64,000 bases of DNA from the IMG/VR virus record IMGVR_UViG_3300031963_000009; one strand, given 5' to 3'. This DNA comes from a virus. The notes under the pieces were generated by a model. That model did not search any database, had not been told where the DNA came from, and was given only the letters and a program-made list of their open reading frames with translations. Positions 8,607-19,082 of this stretch are shown here, in pieces. The position numbers were made by a program, and so were the translations under genes. How positions within the stretch are numbered: the stretch's first letter is position 1; each line of letters starts with the position of its first letter.

Positions 8607-10359
8607 ATCACCACTAAATCCAGGAGTTATTGCTAGAGAACGTAGAGTTACACCAGAAGCAGTTCAGAACTTTATTTCTGGTGGTTCTCCTCTTGGATCT
8701 TCTGTGGTTGCTAGTGCTGCTAACAAAATTGTAGGATTTCAAAGAGGAACTGCTGGAGTTGCTCCACAAGTTCCAGATCTTGGTTCGATCATTAATACTT
8801 TATCATCAAATATTTTAAACAATGTTGAGAATAGAGTACAAGCAATAACTCAAAATGTAAATCAGATTGTTCAAAAAACTGTAGGAGATTTACAAAATAG
8901 ATTTATTTCTAAAACAGATTCTATTGATGCAAACGCTCCGAATAAAATTTTATCCAATTTCTTGAGTTTATATGATAAAGCAATTGGATATATAAGATTT
9001 TTTGCAAATCCAAATAATATAAAAAGTCTAAATGAAAGTTTAGTAGAACTCAGGAAAGTATTCGATGAAACTTTCAAAGTCGCTAAAAGCATTCGTCAAA
9101 CAATTATAAGAATAGTCGATCAACTTTCCAATCTACCTACAGCTAATGCAGGAGGTGGTGGAATAGATTTGGATGTTAAAGTTCCAGGCCCACCATTAAA
9201 AAGAGCGGGAAACACTGGAATATTAAGGTCTATGAGAAGACGCCCTGGATTAATGTTGGGTGGTGCTGCTCTTGCTGGTGCAGGCACTGGAGCAATGGTG
9301 ACCAATGCTCTTCAAGACGTTGGCGGTGGAGTTCAACCTCAGTTAATGGGAGAAACTGGTGAAGGATTATCTGGACCATTACTAGACAAGTTTAATGCAA
9401 TATTAGATAGATTTTCTGCTGTTCTAAAGTCATTATCAACGAGACCATCAAAACAACAACCTGGAGGAGGAAAATCCACATCTACACAAGCGAAAGATGG
9501 AGCTCGAGGAGCTACAGGAGCACCTGGAGCACCTGGTGTTTCTGGATCACCTGGTGTTACTACGACTGGAGAAAAGGGGGTATTAGATCTTATTGCTTCA
9601 GTCGAACAAGGTCCGGAAGGATATGATAGTTTTAATACAAGTGCAGGAAAAACTCCCGGTAAGGCTACAGAGCAAACGATTGGGTGGTTGGCTAAAAACG
9701 CACGAGGAGCAATTGGTAGATATCAACAAATGCCCCAATATCTATTGGAAAGAGCGCAAAGAGCTGGATTCAATGCAAATACAAAATTTACACCAGAAGT
9801 TCAAGATGCAATAACACTAAACGAATTAAGATCAAGTCATGGAATAAATGAGTTTTTATCCGGTAAAATATCAGAAGAACAATTTTTACAAAAACTTGCT
9901 CCAACATGGAGAGGATTGCCTCAGGGAAAAATTAATGCTGCAAAACTAGGCGGAACAGCAGATTTAACATATCAAGATCAATATTCTGGAAGAAATCTTG
10001 CTGGCAAAACATATGCAACTACTATTTCCGAATTGAGAAATATTAGATCAGGTGGTAATAAACCAGTCGCATCAACTCAACAACGAAATAAACCGGCAGT
10101 TGTTGCCGCTCCAGCACAACAACAAATGCAACAACAATCTGCACAACAGGTTGCACAAGTTCCTGTAACACAATCGCAACCACAAGTAAATATTCTTCCT
10201 TTGCAAGGTGGAGGTGGAAATCAACAAGGAACCGCAAAACCACCTCAAGCACCTATAACAGGCATTAGAGGAGAAACTGTTCCAATGTTACCCACCACAA
10301 ATCCTGATAATTTCCTTACATTATATTCTAAAATGGTTTACAACATCGTTGACGGATAA
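8596..10359 (+). CDS. tape-measure/hub-like virion protein with lysozyme-like domain
   Basis: position after gp51; LDLIASVE..AIGRYQ..FTPEVQD..LAPTWRGLP (about 9577-9921); Gln-rich C-terminus. Confidence 0.65.
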   Translation: MAIKSPLNPGVIARERRVTPEAVQNFISGGSPLGSSVVASAANKIVGFQRGTAGVAPQVPDLGSIINTLSSNILNNVENRVQAITQNVNQIVQKTVGDLQNRFISKTDSIDANAPNKILSNFLSLYDKAIGYIRFFANPNNIKSLNESLVELRKVFDETFKVAKSIRQTIIRIVDQLSNLPTANAGGGGIDLDVKVPGPPLKRAGNTGILRSMRRRPGLMLGGAALAGAGTGAMVTNALQDVGGGVQPQLMGETGEGLSGPLLDKFNAILDRFSAVLKSLSTRPSKQQPGGGKSTSTQAKDGARGATGAPGAPGVSGSPGVTTTGEKGVLDLIASVEQGPEGYDSFNTSAGKTPGKATEQTIGWLAKNARGAIGRYQQMPQYLLERAQRAGFNANTKFTPEVQDAITLNELRSSHGINEFLSGKISEEQFLQKLAPTWRGLPQGKINAAKLGGTADLTYQDQYSGRNLAGKTYATTISELRNIRSGGNKPVASTQQRNKPAVVAAPAQQQMQQQSAQQVAQVPVTQSQPQVNILPLQGGGGNQQGTAKPPQAPITGIRGETVPMLPTTNPDNFLTLYSKMVYNIVDG

Positions 10360-12224
10360 TGGCTAAAGGAATCTCTTCAATGCTGCTGAATGCAGCAAAC
10401 AATATTGTAAGTACAAATAGATCCACTTCACAAATGAAGAGGTCTCAAACTACCTATCAAGATTTTGTTCGTTTCATGCAACTGGAAACGAATAATTTAA
10501 AGGCAATAAAATTTAATCAAAGAAAACTTAAGAAAGCTTTAGGAGCAAATGTAGCTGTAAGTTTTGGAAGTGCCGGTAACTTATTGAGTGGTCTTGCAAG
10601 TGGGGCTTTAGATGCTGCATCTTTTGTTGGAGATTTCTTCGGAAAAAAAGATGGTAAATCAAAATTACCAAAACCAAATAGTAAAGCAGGAAGACCATTA
10701 CAATCTGGTACAAAAATAAAAATACCAGGCGTTAGAGCATTAGGTGTTTTGACACCACTTTTGGCTGGACTTGATTTTGCTCAGGGGATTTCTCAAGGAG
10801 AATCGACTGGAAAAGCTGCTGCAGGTGCTGCTGGATCTGCAGCTGGAGGAATTGCTGGTGCAGCCGCTGGTGGAGCTTTAGCGGGTGCTATAACATCTGG
10901 AATGATTGGACAAGGTTTAGTTCCTATTCCTGGATTGGGATTTGTTTTAGGTGCTGCTGTAGGTGGATTAGGGGCTTTTGCTGGTGGATATTTTGCAGAT
11001 AGAGCTTATGAAGCTACAGAAAAAAATGCAAAACAAAAAATAGAATCAAAACTTAAAATACAAGAGGCAAAACAAAAAGAAGCAGCTGCAGCCGCTGCTA
11101 AATTATCTTTACCAGAAGTTTTAGATAAGTTTGAAAGGGTAGTATTTCAATTTGAAAGAGTTTCTTATAATTTACAATTATCAGAGGTCACTGATACTCC
11201 AACAGGATATGATGAAGAGTTAGATCCGGAAGAATTGCCGCCTCCAACGGATGAATCTACTGGTGGACCAGTTCAGTACGGATCTGGTAATGCGGAATTT
11301 GGAGAAACGGGAAACGTAAGAAATTCTACTGGTTGGGTTCATGGACATTTCCAGGGAGAAACTGTTTCTGAAGTCGTGAATGATACTACAACAGTGGTAA
11401 AAGCATTATTAAAACAAGGATCTCCAGTATATTTAAATCCAGGAATTGATTTGTTACCATCAAAACAATATAGTGATTCGGAATTGAGAAATTATGTTGA
11501 TGCCGCAAGAAGATCGCATACTCATAGCGGTAGTGGAAAATCAATTGATGTATTTGTAAGAAAAGGAACCAAAGTACCTGTTCCTTTGAGTAATATAGGT
11601 CCAACTGGAAAAGATTTTGGTGGTTATGGAAGGGGAGGACTTGGTGGATATATTCAGGGAACAAGAACTTGGATTGGCCATTTAGCTCCAAATTCCAAAC
11701 CCGGTCTTGCACAAACAAAAGGGGAAATAAAACCAAAAGGAAAAGAATCTGGAGAGATGCAAGATCTTGTCCCCAATCCAAATATGATGAATAAAACCTC
11801 GACAGACCAAACTACTATCCAAAGGCAATCACAAGTAATGAGTCAGAGGTTTATCAAACCATCCACTCAATCTTCATCTAATAATTTAATCCAAGCGCAA
11901 ACAAATGTTTTTCCGCAAGAAAAACTAACTCAAATGAAATATGATGAAAATAATATTTCTAAAGTACAGGACTCGATGATACAACCAACATCTACACAAT
12001 TGGTTGTAATACCTCAACAAATCCAACAATATCCATCTTATAATATGCCACAATCATCAGTAACTTTGATTCCTATACTTTCTGGAAATGGTAATCAAAA
12101 ACCTGTCGTTATTTCTACGCCAAATGGAGGTTCTCAAACAGTAGTAGTGTCTGGGCCAAGTGAAGGTCAAGTGTTAAATAGTTTATATAAGAACATACTT
12201 CTAACATCTCTATCAGCCACATAA
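10359..12224 (+). CDS. tape-measure/hub-like virion protein with M23-peptidase-like motifs
   Basis: Gly/Ala-rich hydrophobic stretch; STGWVHGHF, SIDV..GTKV..GGYG..GHL. Confidence 0.55.
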   Translation: MAKGISSMLLNAANNIVSTNRSTSQMKRSQTTYQDFVRFMQLETNNLKAIKFNQRKLKKALGANVAVSFGSAGNLLSGLASGALDAASFVGDFFGKKDGKSKLPKPNSKAGRPLQSGTKIKIPGVRALGVLTPLLAGLDFAQGISQGESTGKAAAGAAGSAAGGIAGAAAGGALAGAITSGMIGQGLVPIPGLGFVLGAAVGGLGAFAGGYFADRAYEATEKNAKQKIESKLKIQEAKQKEAAAAAAKLSLPEVLDKFERVVFQFERVSYNLQLSEVTDTPTGYDEELDPEELPPPTDESTGGPVQYGSGNAEFGETGNVRNSTGWVHGHFQGETVSEVVNDTTTVVKALLKQGSPVYLNPGIDLLPSKQYSDSELRNYVDAARRSHTHSGSGKSIDVFVRKGTKVPVPLSNIGPTGKDFGGYGRGGLGGYIQGTRTWIGHLAPNSKPGLAQTKGEIKPKGKESGEMQDLVPNPNMMNKTSTDQTTIQRQSQVMSQRFIKPSTQSSSNNLIQAQTNVFPQEKLTQMKYDENNISKVQDSMIQPTSTQLVVIPQQIQQYPSYNMPQSSVTLIPILSGNGNQKPVVISTPNGGSQTVVVSGPSEGQVLNSLYKNILLTSLSAT

Positions 12225-12227
12225 ATT

Positions 12228-13505
12228 ATGTCAGTAGCAGTAGGTAGTTTAAGATTTAATGCGGTTGAGTTAATAGCTTTAAATGATACTAAAAGAATTG
12301 ATTTAACTAATAGTGTTGTTTTTATCGATTACTTTGAGGATATTCTTTCGCCATGCGTGACGATGAATATGCAAATAGCCACAGGAAACTCTATTTTCAA
12401 CACCTTACCAATACGTGGTGGAGAAAAGGTAGTTTTTGATATATCTACTGCGACTGGTAATTTTACGTTAGATGGTGATTATGGAATGTATGTCTACAAA
12501 GTCAGTGGTTATGCTTCTGACGGACAAAAAGAAATGTTTACATTACATCTAGTTTCTAGAGAAGGACTGACAAACGAAACTTCAAGATGTCAAAAGAAAT
12601 ATGAAAAGTTACCTATAAATGAACATGTAACTTCTATATTAGATGAAGTATTAACTACAAAAAAATATGAATCATCTAATATTGAAAGAACTTCAAATTC
12701 GTATAGTTTTATTGGTAATCAGAAAAAACCTTTTCATATTTTAACTTGGTTAGGTCCAAAGGGAATTCCTTCAACCGGATCTTCAGGAACTAGTGGAGAA
12801 CTAGCCAAAGGAGTTGCTGGATTTCTTTTTTATGAAACAAAAGACGGATTTAATTTTAAAAGTATCGATAAATTAGTTTCTGCAACCACAAGTGGAGCTG
12901 AAGATTCCTCTGTAATAACTTATACTTATAATAATGTTATTCAAGAAAATTCTATTCAAAATAATTTTACAATCTTAGATTATGCTTTGGAAAAAAATAT
13001 TGATTTAATGAAATCTCTTCGAGTTGGAATGTACGCAAATAAAACTTATTTTTATGATTTGTACACAAATAAGTTAGATATCTATGCATACTATCTAAAA
13101 AATGAAATTCGTAGTAAACTAGGTACTCAAGATGATCTTGTGATACCGAGTGGATTTGAAGAATCTTTTTCCCGAATTCTAGTTAGAACAAGTGATAAAG
13201 GTACTTTAGACCCAAATGATATTGCAGGTAGTTCTGGAAGAGACAATGCTGACATGGCTAAATCTTTTTCCAGATATAACTTGCTCTTTACTCAATCGCT
13301 AAATATGGTAGTGCCATGTAACGTTAATCTTCGTGCAGGTGGGGTTGTGAAAGCTCAATTTCCAAAAGTTGAATCATCACAACAAACAAGTCTCGATGAA
13401 GAACAAAGTGGTAAATACTTAATTAAAGAATTGAGACATCATTTTGAAGGCAACAACATGGTCACCTCTCTAAAATTAGTTAGAGATTCTTACGGATTGT
13501 ATTAA
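12228..13505 (+). CDS. probable baseplate hub protein (gp27-like)
   Basis: size and position upstream of gp5; IDYFEDILSP, PIRGGEKV, GFLFYET.DGFNFKSI, VPCNVNLRAG..SGKYLI. Confidence 0.6.
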   Translation: MSVAVGSLRFNAVELIALNDTKRIDLTNSVVFIDYFEDILSPCVTMNMQIATGNSIFNTLPIRGGEKVVFDISTATGNFTLDGDYGMYVYKVSGYASDGQKEMFTLHLVSREGLTNETSRCQKKYEKLPINEHVTSILDEVLTTKKYESSNIERTSNSYSFIGNQKKPFHILTWLGPKGIPSTGSSGTSGELAKGVAGFLFYETKDGFNFKSIDKLVSATTSGAEDSSVITYTYNNVIQENSIQNNFTILDYALEKNIDLMKSLRVGMYANKTYFYDLYTNKLDIYAYYLKNEIRSKLGTQDDLVIPSGFEESFSRILVRTSDKGTLDPNDIAGSSGRDNADMAKSFSRYNLLFTQSLNMVVPCNVNLRAGGVVKAQFPKVESSQQTSLDEEQSGKYLIKELRHHFEGNNMVTSLKLVRDSYGLY

Positions 13506-13511
13506 ATTACC

Positions 13512-13724
13512 ATGGAAAACATAGATGCACATATTGCCAAGGATAAAGCTCTCCTTGACGACCCACTAATTTCTGCACAATCACGCAGACATACAGAAGA
13601 AGAATTAGAAGCTCTTGAAGCTTATAAAATGAATCATCCAGAAGATAGTCATGACCCAACTCCATTAGAGTTGTTCTGTGATTCTAATCCAAATGCTCTA
13701 GAATGTAGAATTTACGATGATTGA
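13512..13724 (+). CDS. cp12: CP12 Calvin-cycle regulator (cyanophage form)
   Basis: C-terminal LELFCDSNPNALECRIYDD; lacks the N-terminal Cys pair. Confidence 0.93.
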   Translation: MENIDAHIAKDKALLDDPLISAQSRRHTEEELEALEAYKMNHPEDSHDPTPLELFCDSNPNALECRIYDD

Positions 13725-15960
13725 AGAATCTTTACTTAAATCTAACTTTATCGGAAAAGATGGTTTCGTTTGGTGGATCGGCCAAGTTGCCGATCCGAAA
13801 GTTTGGCGTACCGAAAAGTCCAGAGTAGATGAAAGTAAAGATACAAGTTGGGCATATAGATGTAAAGTACGAATAATAGGGTATCACAGTTTTGATGCAA
13901 ATATTTTACCCGATGAAGATCTACCTTGGGCTCATATTTTAACCAGTGCTTCAGAAGGATCTCCAGGACAAGGTAGTTTTGGTAAAACTCATATGATAGT
14001 GGGAGGAGAATCTGTTTTAGGATTCTTCTTAGATGGCGAAGAAGGTCAACAACCAGTTGTTGTATCTTGTTTTTATAGATCAAAAGCAGTAGAAAACGCA
14101 AAAGAACCTGGACCTTTTAAACCTTTCACTGGGATGCAAGGTAATTTAAAGGCCAGTGCAACAAGAATAAAAGCTCCTGCAACTGGAGTCATAAAAGAAG
14201 CCGAAAAAAATACAGTTGAAAGTGGATCAGCAATAAAATTTTCACAAAATCCAGAATTTGGAATAGGAGATTCTGGATTAGATTTATCCCCTAATTTTAA
14301 TCCACTTACGCCAGATACAGGAAATTCATCAGGAAGTTTTAGAAAAATACCTGGTGCATCTTCTGACGAACTTTTTTACAAGGATGTAGGAAATCTTGCA
14401 TTTTTAAAGGCTTTTAATGATGCAGGAGAAGTGTCTGGATCTAACGGATGTTTGACAAATGTATTAGCTAATATTACTAGTGCTTTACAGGGATTCATTG
14501 GATTTGTGAATGGTTTAGAAAAGACTATTTTTGGATTCATAGACCCAATAAGAAATAAAATTGTAGATATAGGTTCACAAATAAAATCAGTCGCAAGATT
14601 GATAGCATCTCTTATGAAATTCATCATAAATGGGATGCGTGACAATATAATAAAGTTAACAGGGTGTTTATTTAGAGCTTTTTCGATAACAATACCACTT
14701 CCTCAGTGGTTAAGACTATCCGAAGCAGCTAAAAGAATTTTAGATATAATTTTTTGTATCTTTGAAAAATTATTTGGACCAATAGAAAATTTTATTGCTG
14801 GATTACTGTCAGGACTAATCGGAAAAACTCCAAATATTCCAAGATGTGCTGCAGAAGAACTTACTGCTTCTCTTATTTCCAAACTTATGGAAATGGTCGA
14901 TGACAGTTTAGCTACAGTTCTTTCTGGTTTGGATTGGTTAGTTGGTGGAGTAGGTGAAATCACAGGATATTTAAAAACTGCAGCTCAAGAAATTTCTCAA
15001 CTACTTAGTTTCTTAAACTGTGATGGACTTCTATGCCAAACTCCTGGAACATGGGATCCATTTAAAGGAGTAAAGTTCCCAGAGACTGATGAGTGGGCAA
15101 AAGTAGTTGGTAATATAGATTTACTAGGTGGTTATGGTGGTGAAGTCAATGATTGGATAGGTTTACTGTCATCGTTTGGATCTGCAGACACTCCATTCAA
15201 AGATTGTAGAAACAAAGCATTAAATCCAAAGAATCAAAAAGATCTTCCACCCATACCACCAGGTACATTATTCTATAAGTGTATTCCACCAGAAGTAATT
15301 ATAAATGGTGATGGAACAGGTGCAAAAGCAATACCTGTTATAGAACCTACATCTGGTTCTATTTTAACAGTAAAAGTTCTAGAAGCTGGTAAAGGATATA
15401 GTAGACCACCTTCTATTTCGATTCTTGATAACAGTAATTATGGATCTGGTGCTGAAGCAAAATCAACCATCAAAAATGGACAAATAGAATCAATTTACAT
15501 TGTAAAATCTGGATCTGGATATTGTTTAACAGATCTTCAATCGGCAATTGTAAATGTAGGAGTAGACACCACTAGTGTAGGTTCTGGAACTGGAATAGGT
15601 GCAACTAGTTCTGTTGGTGTTGGTACAACCAGTTCTGCTGGAATTTCTACCGTACCTGTTGGAATTATAACCTCTTTAGTAGTAGAATCTCCAGGATTTG
15701 GATATACTTCTGGTGATACTATCTTAGTCGGTAGTTGCGTTTATAGTCCTATTTTAACTACTAATGGTTCAATAATAGGTATAAACTCAGTTTCATATTG
15801 TTCTCAACAATTCAAAATTGTTCCACCAGTGACCATAAATACAACTACTGGGGTTGGTGCTGAAGTATATCCAGTATTACAATATATTCCACAATATATT
15901 GTCAATAATCAACCTACAACTGGTATAGGTTCAATCACAGAAGTAGTAGAGTGCGTATGA
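13717..15960 (+). CDS. gp5: baseplate hub/spike protein gp5 (OB-fold, no recognisable lysozyme domain)
   Basis: FIGKDGFVWWIGQV..YRCKVRIIGYH..DEDLPWA..GESVLGFFLDGE.GQQPV. Confidence 0.9.
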   Translation: MIEESLLKSNFIGKDGFVWWIGQVADPKVWRTEKSRVDESKDTSWAYRCKVRIIGYHSFDANILPDEDLPWAHILTSASEGSPGQGSFGKTHMIVGGESVLGFFLDGEEGQQPVVVSCFYRSKAVENAKEPGPFKPFTGMQGNLKASATRIKAPATGVIKEAEKNTVESGSAIKFSQNPEFGIGDSGLDLSPNFNPLTPDTGNSSGSFRKIPGASSDELFYKDVGNLAFLKAFNDAGEVSGSNGCLTNVLANITSALQGFIGFVNGLEKTIFGFIDPIRNKIVDIGSQIKSVARLIASLMKFIINGMRDNIIKLTGCLFRAFSITIPLPQWLRLSEAAKRILDIIFCIFEKLFGPIENFIAGLLSGLIGKTPNIPRCAAEELTASLISKLMEMVDDSLATVLSGLDWLVGGVGEITGYLKTAAQEISQLLSFLNCDGLLCQTPGTWDPFKGVKFPETDEWAKVVGNIDLLGGYGGEVNDWIGLLSSFGSADTPFKDCRNKALNPKNQKDLPPIPPGTLFYKCIPPEVIINGDGTGAKAIPVIEPTSGSILTVKVLEAGKGYSRPPSISILDNSNYGSGAEAKSTIKNGQIESIYIVKSGSGYCLTDLQSAIVNVGVDTTSVGSGTGIGATSSVGVGTTSSAGISTVPVGIITSLVVESPGFGYTSGDTILVGSCVYSPILTTNGSIIGINSVSYCSQQFKIVPPVTINTTTGVGAEVYPVLQYIPQYIVNNQPTTGIGSITEVVECV

Positions 15961-16514
15961 CGGATCAACCAAAAGAGTATTATGAAAAAAGACCCGGATT
16001 TGAAATAAAATCTGGAGTTCCTGATGGTGCAGGTAGAACGATAGATTATTCTGTAATAACTGATAAAGCACAAGGATTTCAATATTCTACTGATGGTACT
16101 AAATTTGATCTGACAAATAAAACATCATATGAATTGTGCGGTGAAGATTGTCAACCTAAAGAACCTGCTAAAATAATTCGTGCAAAGAATGGAGATATAA
16201 TTATTGAGGCAATGTCTGGGGAAATTGTCTTGCGTGGAAAAAATATAAGAATAGAAGCAATAGATGGAAAAGGTGAAGTTACTGTAACTTCTACTAGTCA
16301 AATTGCTTTAAATAGTCCCATTCAAAGTTTTAAATCCACAAATTCAAATTCAGTATCAACAAATAACCATACAGTGGCTGGTAATGTTGTTGAAGATACA
16401 GCTGGAGTAGTTAAATCTAGTAGTGTAGCTACAGATGCAACTCAAGGAAGTTTTCTTGGATCATTAATGAAAGTGATTGAAAAATTCAAAAAATGGTTAG
16501 AGTGCGCTCCATAA
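15951..16514 (+). CDS. gp5-associated structural protein (beta-strand repeats)
   Basis: overlaps gp5; IRAKNGDIIIEA..GEIVLRGKNIRIEA. Confidence 0.55.
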   Translation: MRMTDQPKEYYEKRPGFEIKSGVPDGAGRTIDYSVITDKAQGFQYSTDGTKFDLTNKTSYELCGEDCQPKEPAKIIRAKNGDIIIEAMSGEIVLRGKNIRIEAIDGKGEVTVTSTSQIALNSPIQSFKSTNSNSVSTNNHTVAGNVVEDTAGVVKSSSVATDATQGSFLGSLMKVIEKFKKWLECAP

Positions 16515-16520
16515 GAAAAA

Positions 16521-17369
16521 ATGACAAACTCTATCAAACACATAGGTGATAAACTAGTAGTAGGTGAGTTAGATGTTTCATTCCTTGATGTGGGATCAAG
16601 GTTGTTACCAGGAACATCCGTATTGAATGGTCCAGTTTATATTGGTTTAGTTGCTAGTGCAGTTATTCCAAGAGCAAACTGCATGATGGGCCCTGGTATA
16701 ACTTCACCAAAAACATTAGAAGTTGTTGGTGTTTCCGACATTATTGGAATTACAAACGTCACTGGCGTCGTGAATAGATTTGCATTTACTACTGCAAAAG
16801 GTGCTACAATAAAGTTAGGAGTAAGTATAAAAAAAGCTTTAGGTGCTAGTTTAGGATTAAGTACAAAAGCAGCAAAACAACTAACGCACGGAAAGAAAAT
16901 TTGTAGTGCAGGAATCGTAACTCCAAGCATTAAGGCCGGATTAGGAAAATTTGTAACTTGTAAAGCAGATCTAGGTGTATTCAAAGCAGTTGCAGCACCA
17001 TTTAAAAAATTTGATATACCCCATCCATCAAAACCTGGATATAGACTTACTCACACCTGTATCGAAGGTCCAGAGATAGGGGTATATTATAGAGGAAAAT
17101 TAAAAGATTCTAATGTTATAGAATTACCAGATTATTGGAAGAATTTAATAGATCCAGAAACTATCACTGTACATTTAACACCACATACTTTTCATCAAGA
17201 ACTCTATGTAAAAGATATTCAATGGGGTTCTAGAATCAATATAATAAATAATTCTGGTGGAAACATTGACTGCAGTTATATTGTTTATGCAGAAAGAATT
17301 GATGTAGAAAAATTAGTAGTTGAATACGAAGAAAAAAAATCAGATTTTTGTCCAGAAAAAAATAATTAA
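16521..17369 (+). CDS. spike/fibre-associated structural protein
   Basis: C-terminal FDIPHPSKPGYRLTHTCIEGPE.GVYYRG..IELPDYW domain typical of phage fibre/spike proteins. Confidence 0.55.
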   Translation: MTNSIKHIGDKLVVGELDVSFLDVGSRLLPGTSVLNGPVYIGLVASAVIPRANCMMGPGITSPKTLEVVGVSDIIGITNVTGVVNRFAFTTAKGATIKLGVSIKKALGASLGLSTKAAKQLTHGKKICSAGIVTPSIKAGLGKFVTCKADLGVFKAVAAPFKKFDIPHPSKPGYRLTHTCIEGPEIGVYYRGKLKDSNVIELPDYWKNLIDPETITVHLTPHTFHQELYVKDIQWGSRINIINNSGGNIDCSYIVYAERIDVEKLVVEYEEKKSDFCPEKNN

Positions 17370-17371
17370 TT

Positions 17372-19012
17372 ATGAGTTTATCAACCCATTTTAGAGCAGA
17401 ACTAGAAGAGGAAATTGAAATTCTAGAGAATCAAAAGGATGCTATCCGAAGTGAAGTAACTTTACTAGATACCCAGCTGGATAGATATGATGTTATAATA
17501 GAAAATATTGATAGAGATTTAGTGCCATTAATTAATGAAATTAATGTTGGTATCAATTCTGTAAAAAACGCATATGATAATAGGGTCTCTATAGGATGCA
17601 AAAATGATCTAAGTTGGGAAGTCGTCAAACAAACTAAAGTTAGATTTGGAATAACTGAATATAATTCTGTAACATATGAAGTTAAAAAGAATTCAGACGT
17701 ATCCGAAACTACCAATTATTATGGAGTAAAGTTCTACAGAAAACCACAAAATAAAGACTATGGATCTAATGTAATAGGAGAATTCACTGGAACAATTAGT
17801 TTGGGTTCAACAAGTTTAGCAGTAATAAGCATAGGCGGAACATCGGGTATATTAGTCGGAGACACAATCGTAGATAACATTGATGATCCAGTAATATTTT
17901 CAAGTGGAAATCTACCAACAGTTGTTGGATTTGATACTACTTCAGAAATCGGAATCAATACAACTATCAGTGGTTCAATATCTGTTGGATCTACTATTCT
18001 GGCTTTTACTGGAACAGGAAGCACGATTGGTATTAATACTGGAGATGCAATAGGACTTGAGTATATTTTACCAGAAAACACAACCGTTGTTGGATTTAGT
18101 ACTGGATCAATTACTTCAGAAATTTGGGTTGGTGGATCTGGATTTATAACAACTTCTGTAGTTGTTCCTAGTTTAGTTTTAAGTGACTCTGCTGTTGGAA
18201 ATACAACTAGTGGAATATTTAAAGTTGGCGTTGTATCGGAATTTTCTTCAATATTATTAAGTACAAGTCCAACAGCATCTGTAACTGGACAACTTTTTAC
18301 AGCAATAAGAAATACTGAAATAGGCAGTTCTGTTTTCAATGAAGAGACAAATCCCATAGATCCAGTATCAATTGATTTAATGGATTTGAACAAAGCTGGA
18401 CTTGGACATAAGGTAGTTTTAGTAAACAATGGAAGTCCGATTGGACCATTCCAATGGCATGAAGTCAGAGAAGATCGTGAACCAGATTGTGGAGCAAGTT
18501 TCGCTCTTTACTATCCAGGAAACGAATCATGGCCAAGTATCTCAACATTTACATATAATCCTAGCACTGGTGCATTAATTTCAGTAGCAACTACATATGC
18601 GTCAATAGGAGCTAGAGTAACTATTGGAGTGGGAACATTAAGTTCTAATGGTATAGGAACTATAACAAGTAAACCTGCTCGTTTTAATGGTACTGTTCCA
18701 TCTGCTGGAGTATGTGCTTCATATTCAAGTAGTATTACATCCTATGAAAGTTCTCTGACAACCATTATTAATAGAAATGTTCCGAAAATTACGGAACTTA
18801 TTTCTAAATCCTCCATCTTAAGAAGACTTAGAGATAAAAAAGAAAGTGCTGCATTTTCTCTTTCTCAGGCATATGACTTTGTGGTTTCGGAAATACAACA
18901 AGCCACTTCTGATCTAAACAATCTTAGGGTTGAAGATTTTAGTAAATATGATCCTGACAATTACAAACCAACGAGAAGGTCCACTGCAGTTGGTATTGCG
19001 TCCGCAATTTAA
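17372..19012 (+). CDS. virion structural protein
   Basis: 546 aa; coiled-coil termini and a Gly/Ser/Thr-rich beta core; end of the late operon. Confidence 0.6.
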   Translation: MSLSTHFRAELEEEIEILENQKDAIRSEVTLLDTQLDRYDVIIENIDRDLVPLINEINVGINSVKNAYDNRVSIGCKNDLSWEVVKQTKVRFGITEYNSVTYEVKKNSDVSETTNYYGVKFYRKPQNKDYGSNVIGEFTGTISLGSTSLAVISIGGTSGILVGDTIVDNIDDPVIFSSGNLPTVVGFDTTSEIGINTTISGSISVGSTILAFTGTGSTIGINTGDAIGLEYILPENTTVVGFSTGSITSEIWVGGSGFITTSVVVPSLVLSDSAVGNTTSGIFKVGVVSEFSSILLSTSPTASVTGQLFTAIRNTEIGSSVFNEETNPIDPVSIDLMDLNKAGLGHKVVLVNNGSPIGPFQWHEVREDREPDCGASFALYYPGNESWPSISTFTYNPSTGALISVATTYASIGARVTIGVGTLSSNGIGTITSKPARFNGTVPSAGVCASYSSSITSYESSLTTIINRNVPKITELISKSSILRRLRDKKESAAFSLSQAYDFVVSEIQQATSDLNNLRVEDFSKYDPDNYKPTRRSTAVGIASAI

Positions 19013-19056
19013 ACTGGCACACACCTCCACCCAACCGCAAATTTCTGTGGTATGAT
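19000..19056 (+). promoter_or_regulatory. palindrome-type promoter cassette (right half-site only)
   Basis: AACTGGCA(C) at 19012-19020; -10 TATGAT at 19051 (offset 51). Confidence 0.55.
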
Positions 19057-19082
19057 ATTGGAGTACAACAAAATTACTCTAA

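Noticed and set aside
13717-15960. T4-type lysozyme domain in gp5
   Set aside because: No GH24 motifs recognisable; the middle region is helical and Cys-containing, followed by G-x-GY repeats
17431-18429. Minus-strand ORFs of 94 and 223 aa
   Set aside because: Antisense to a structural gene; a codon-bias artefact
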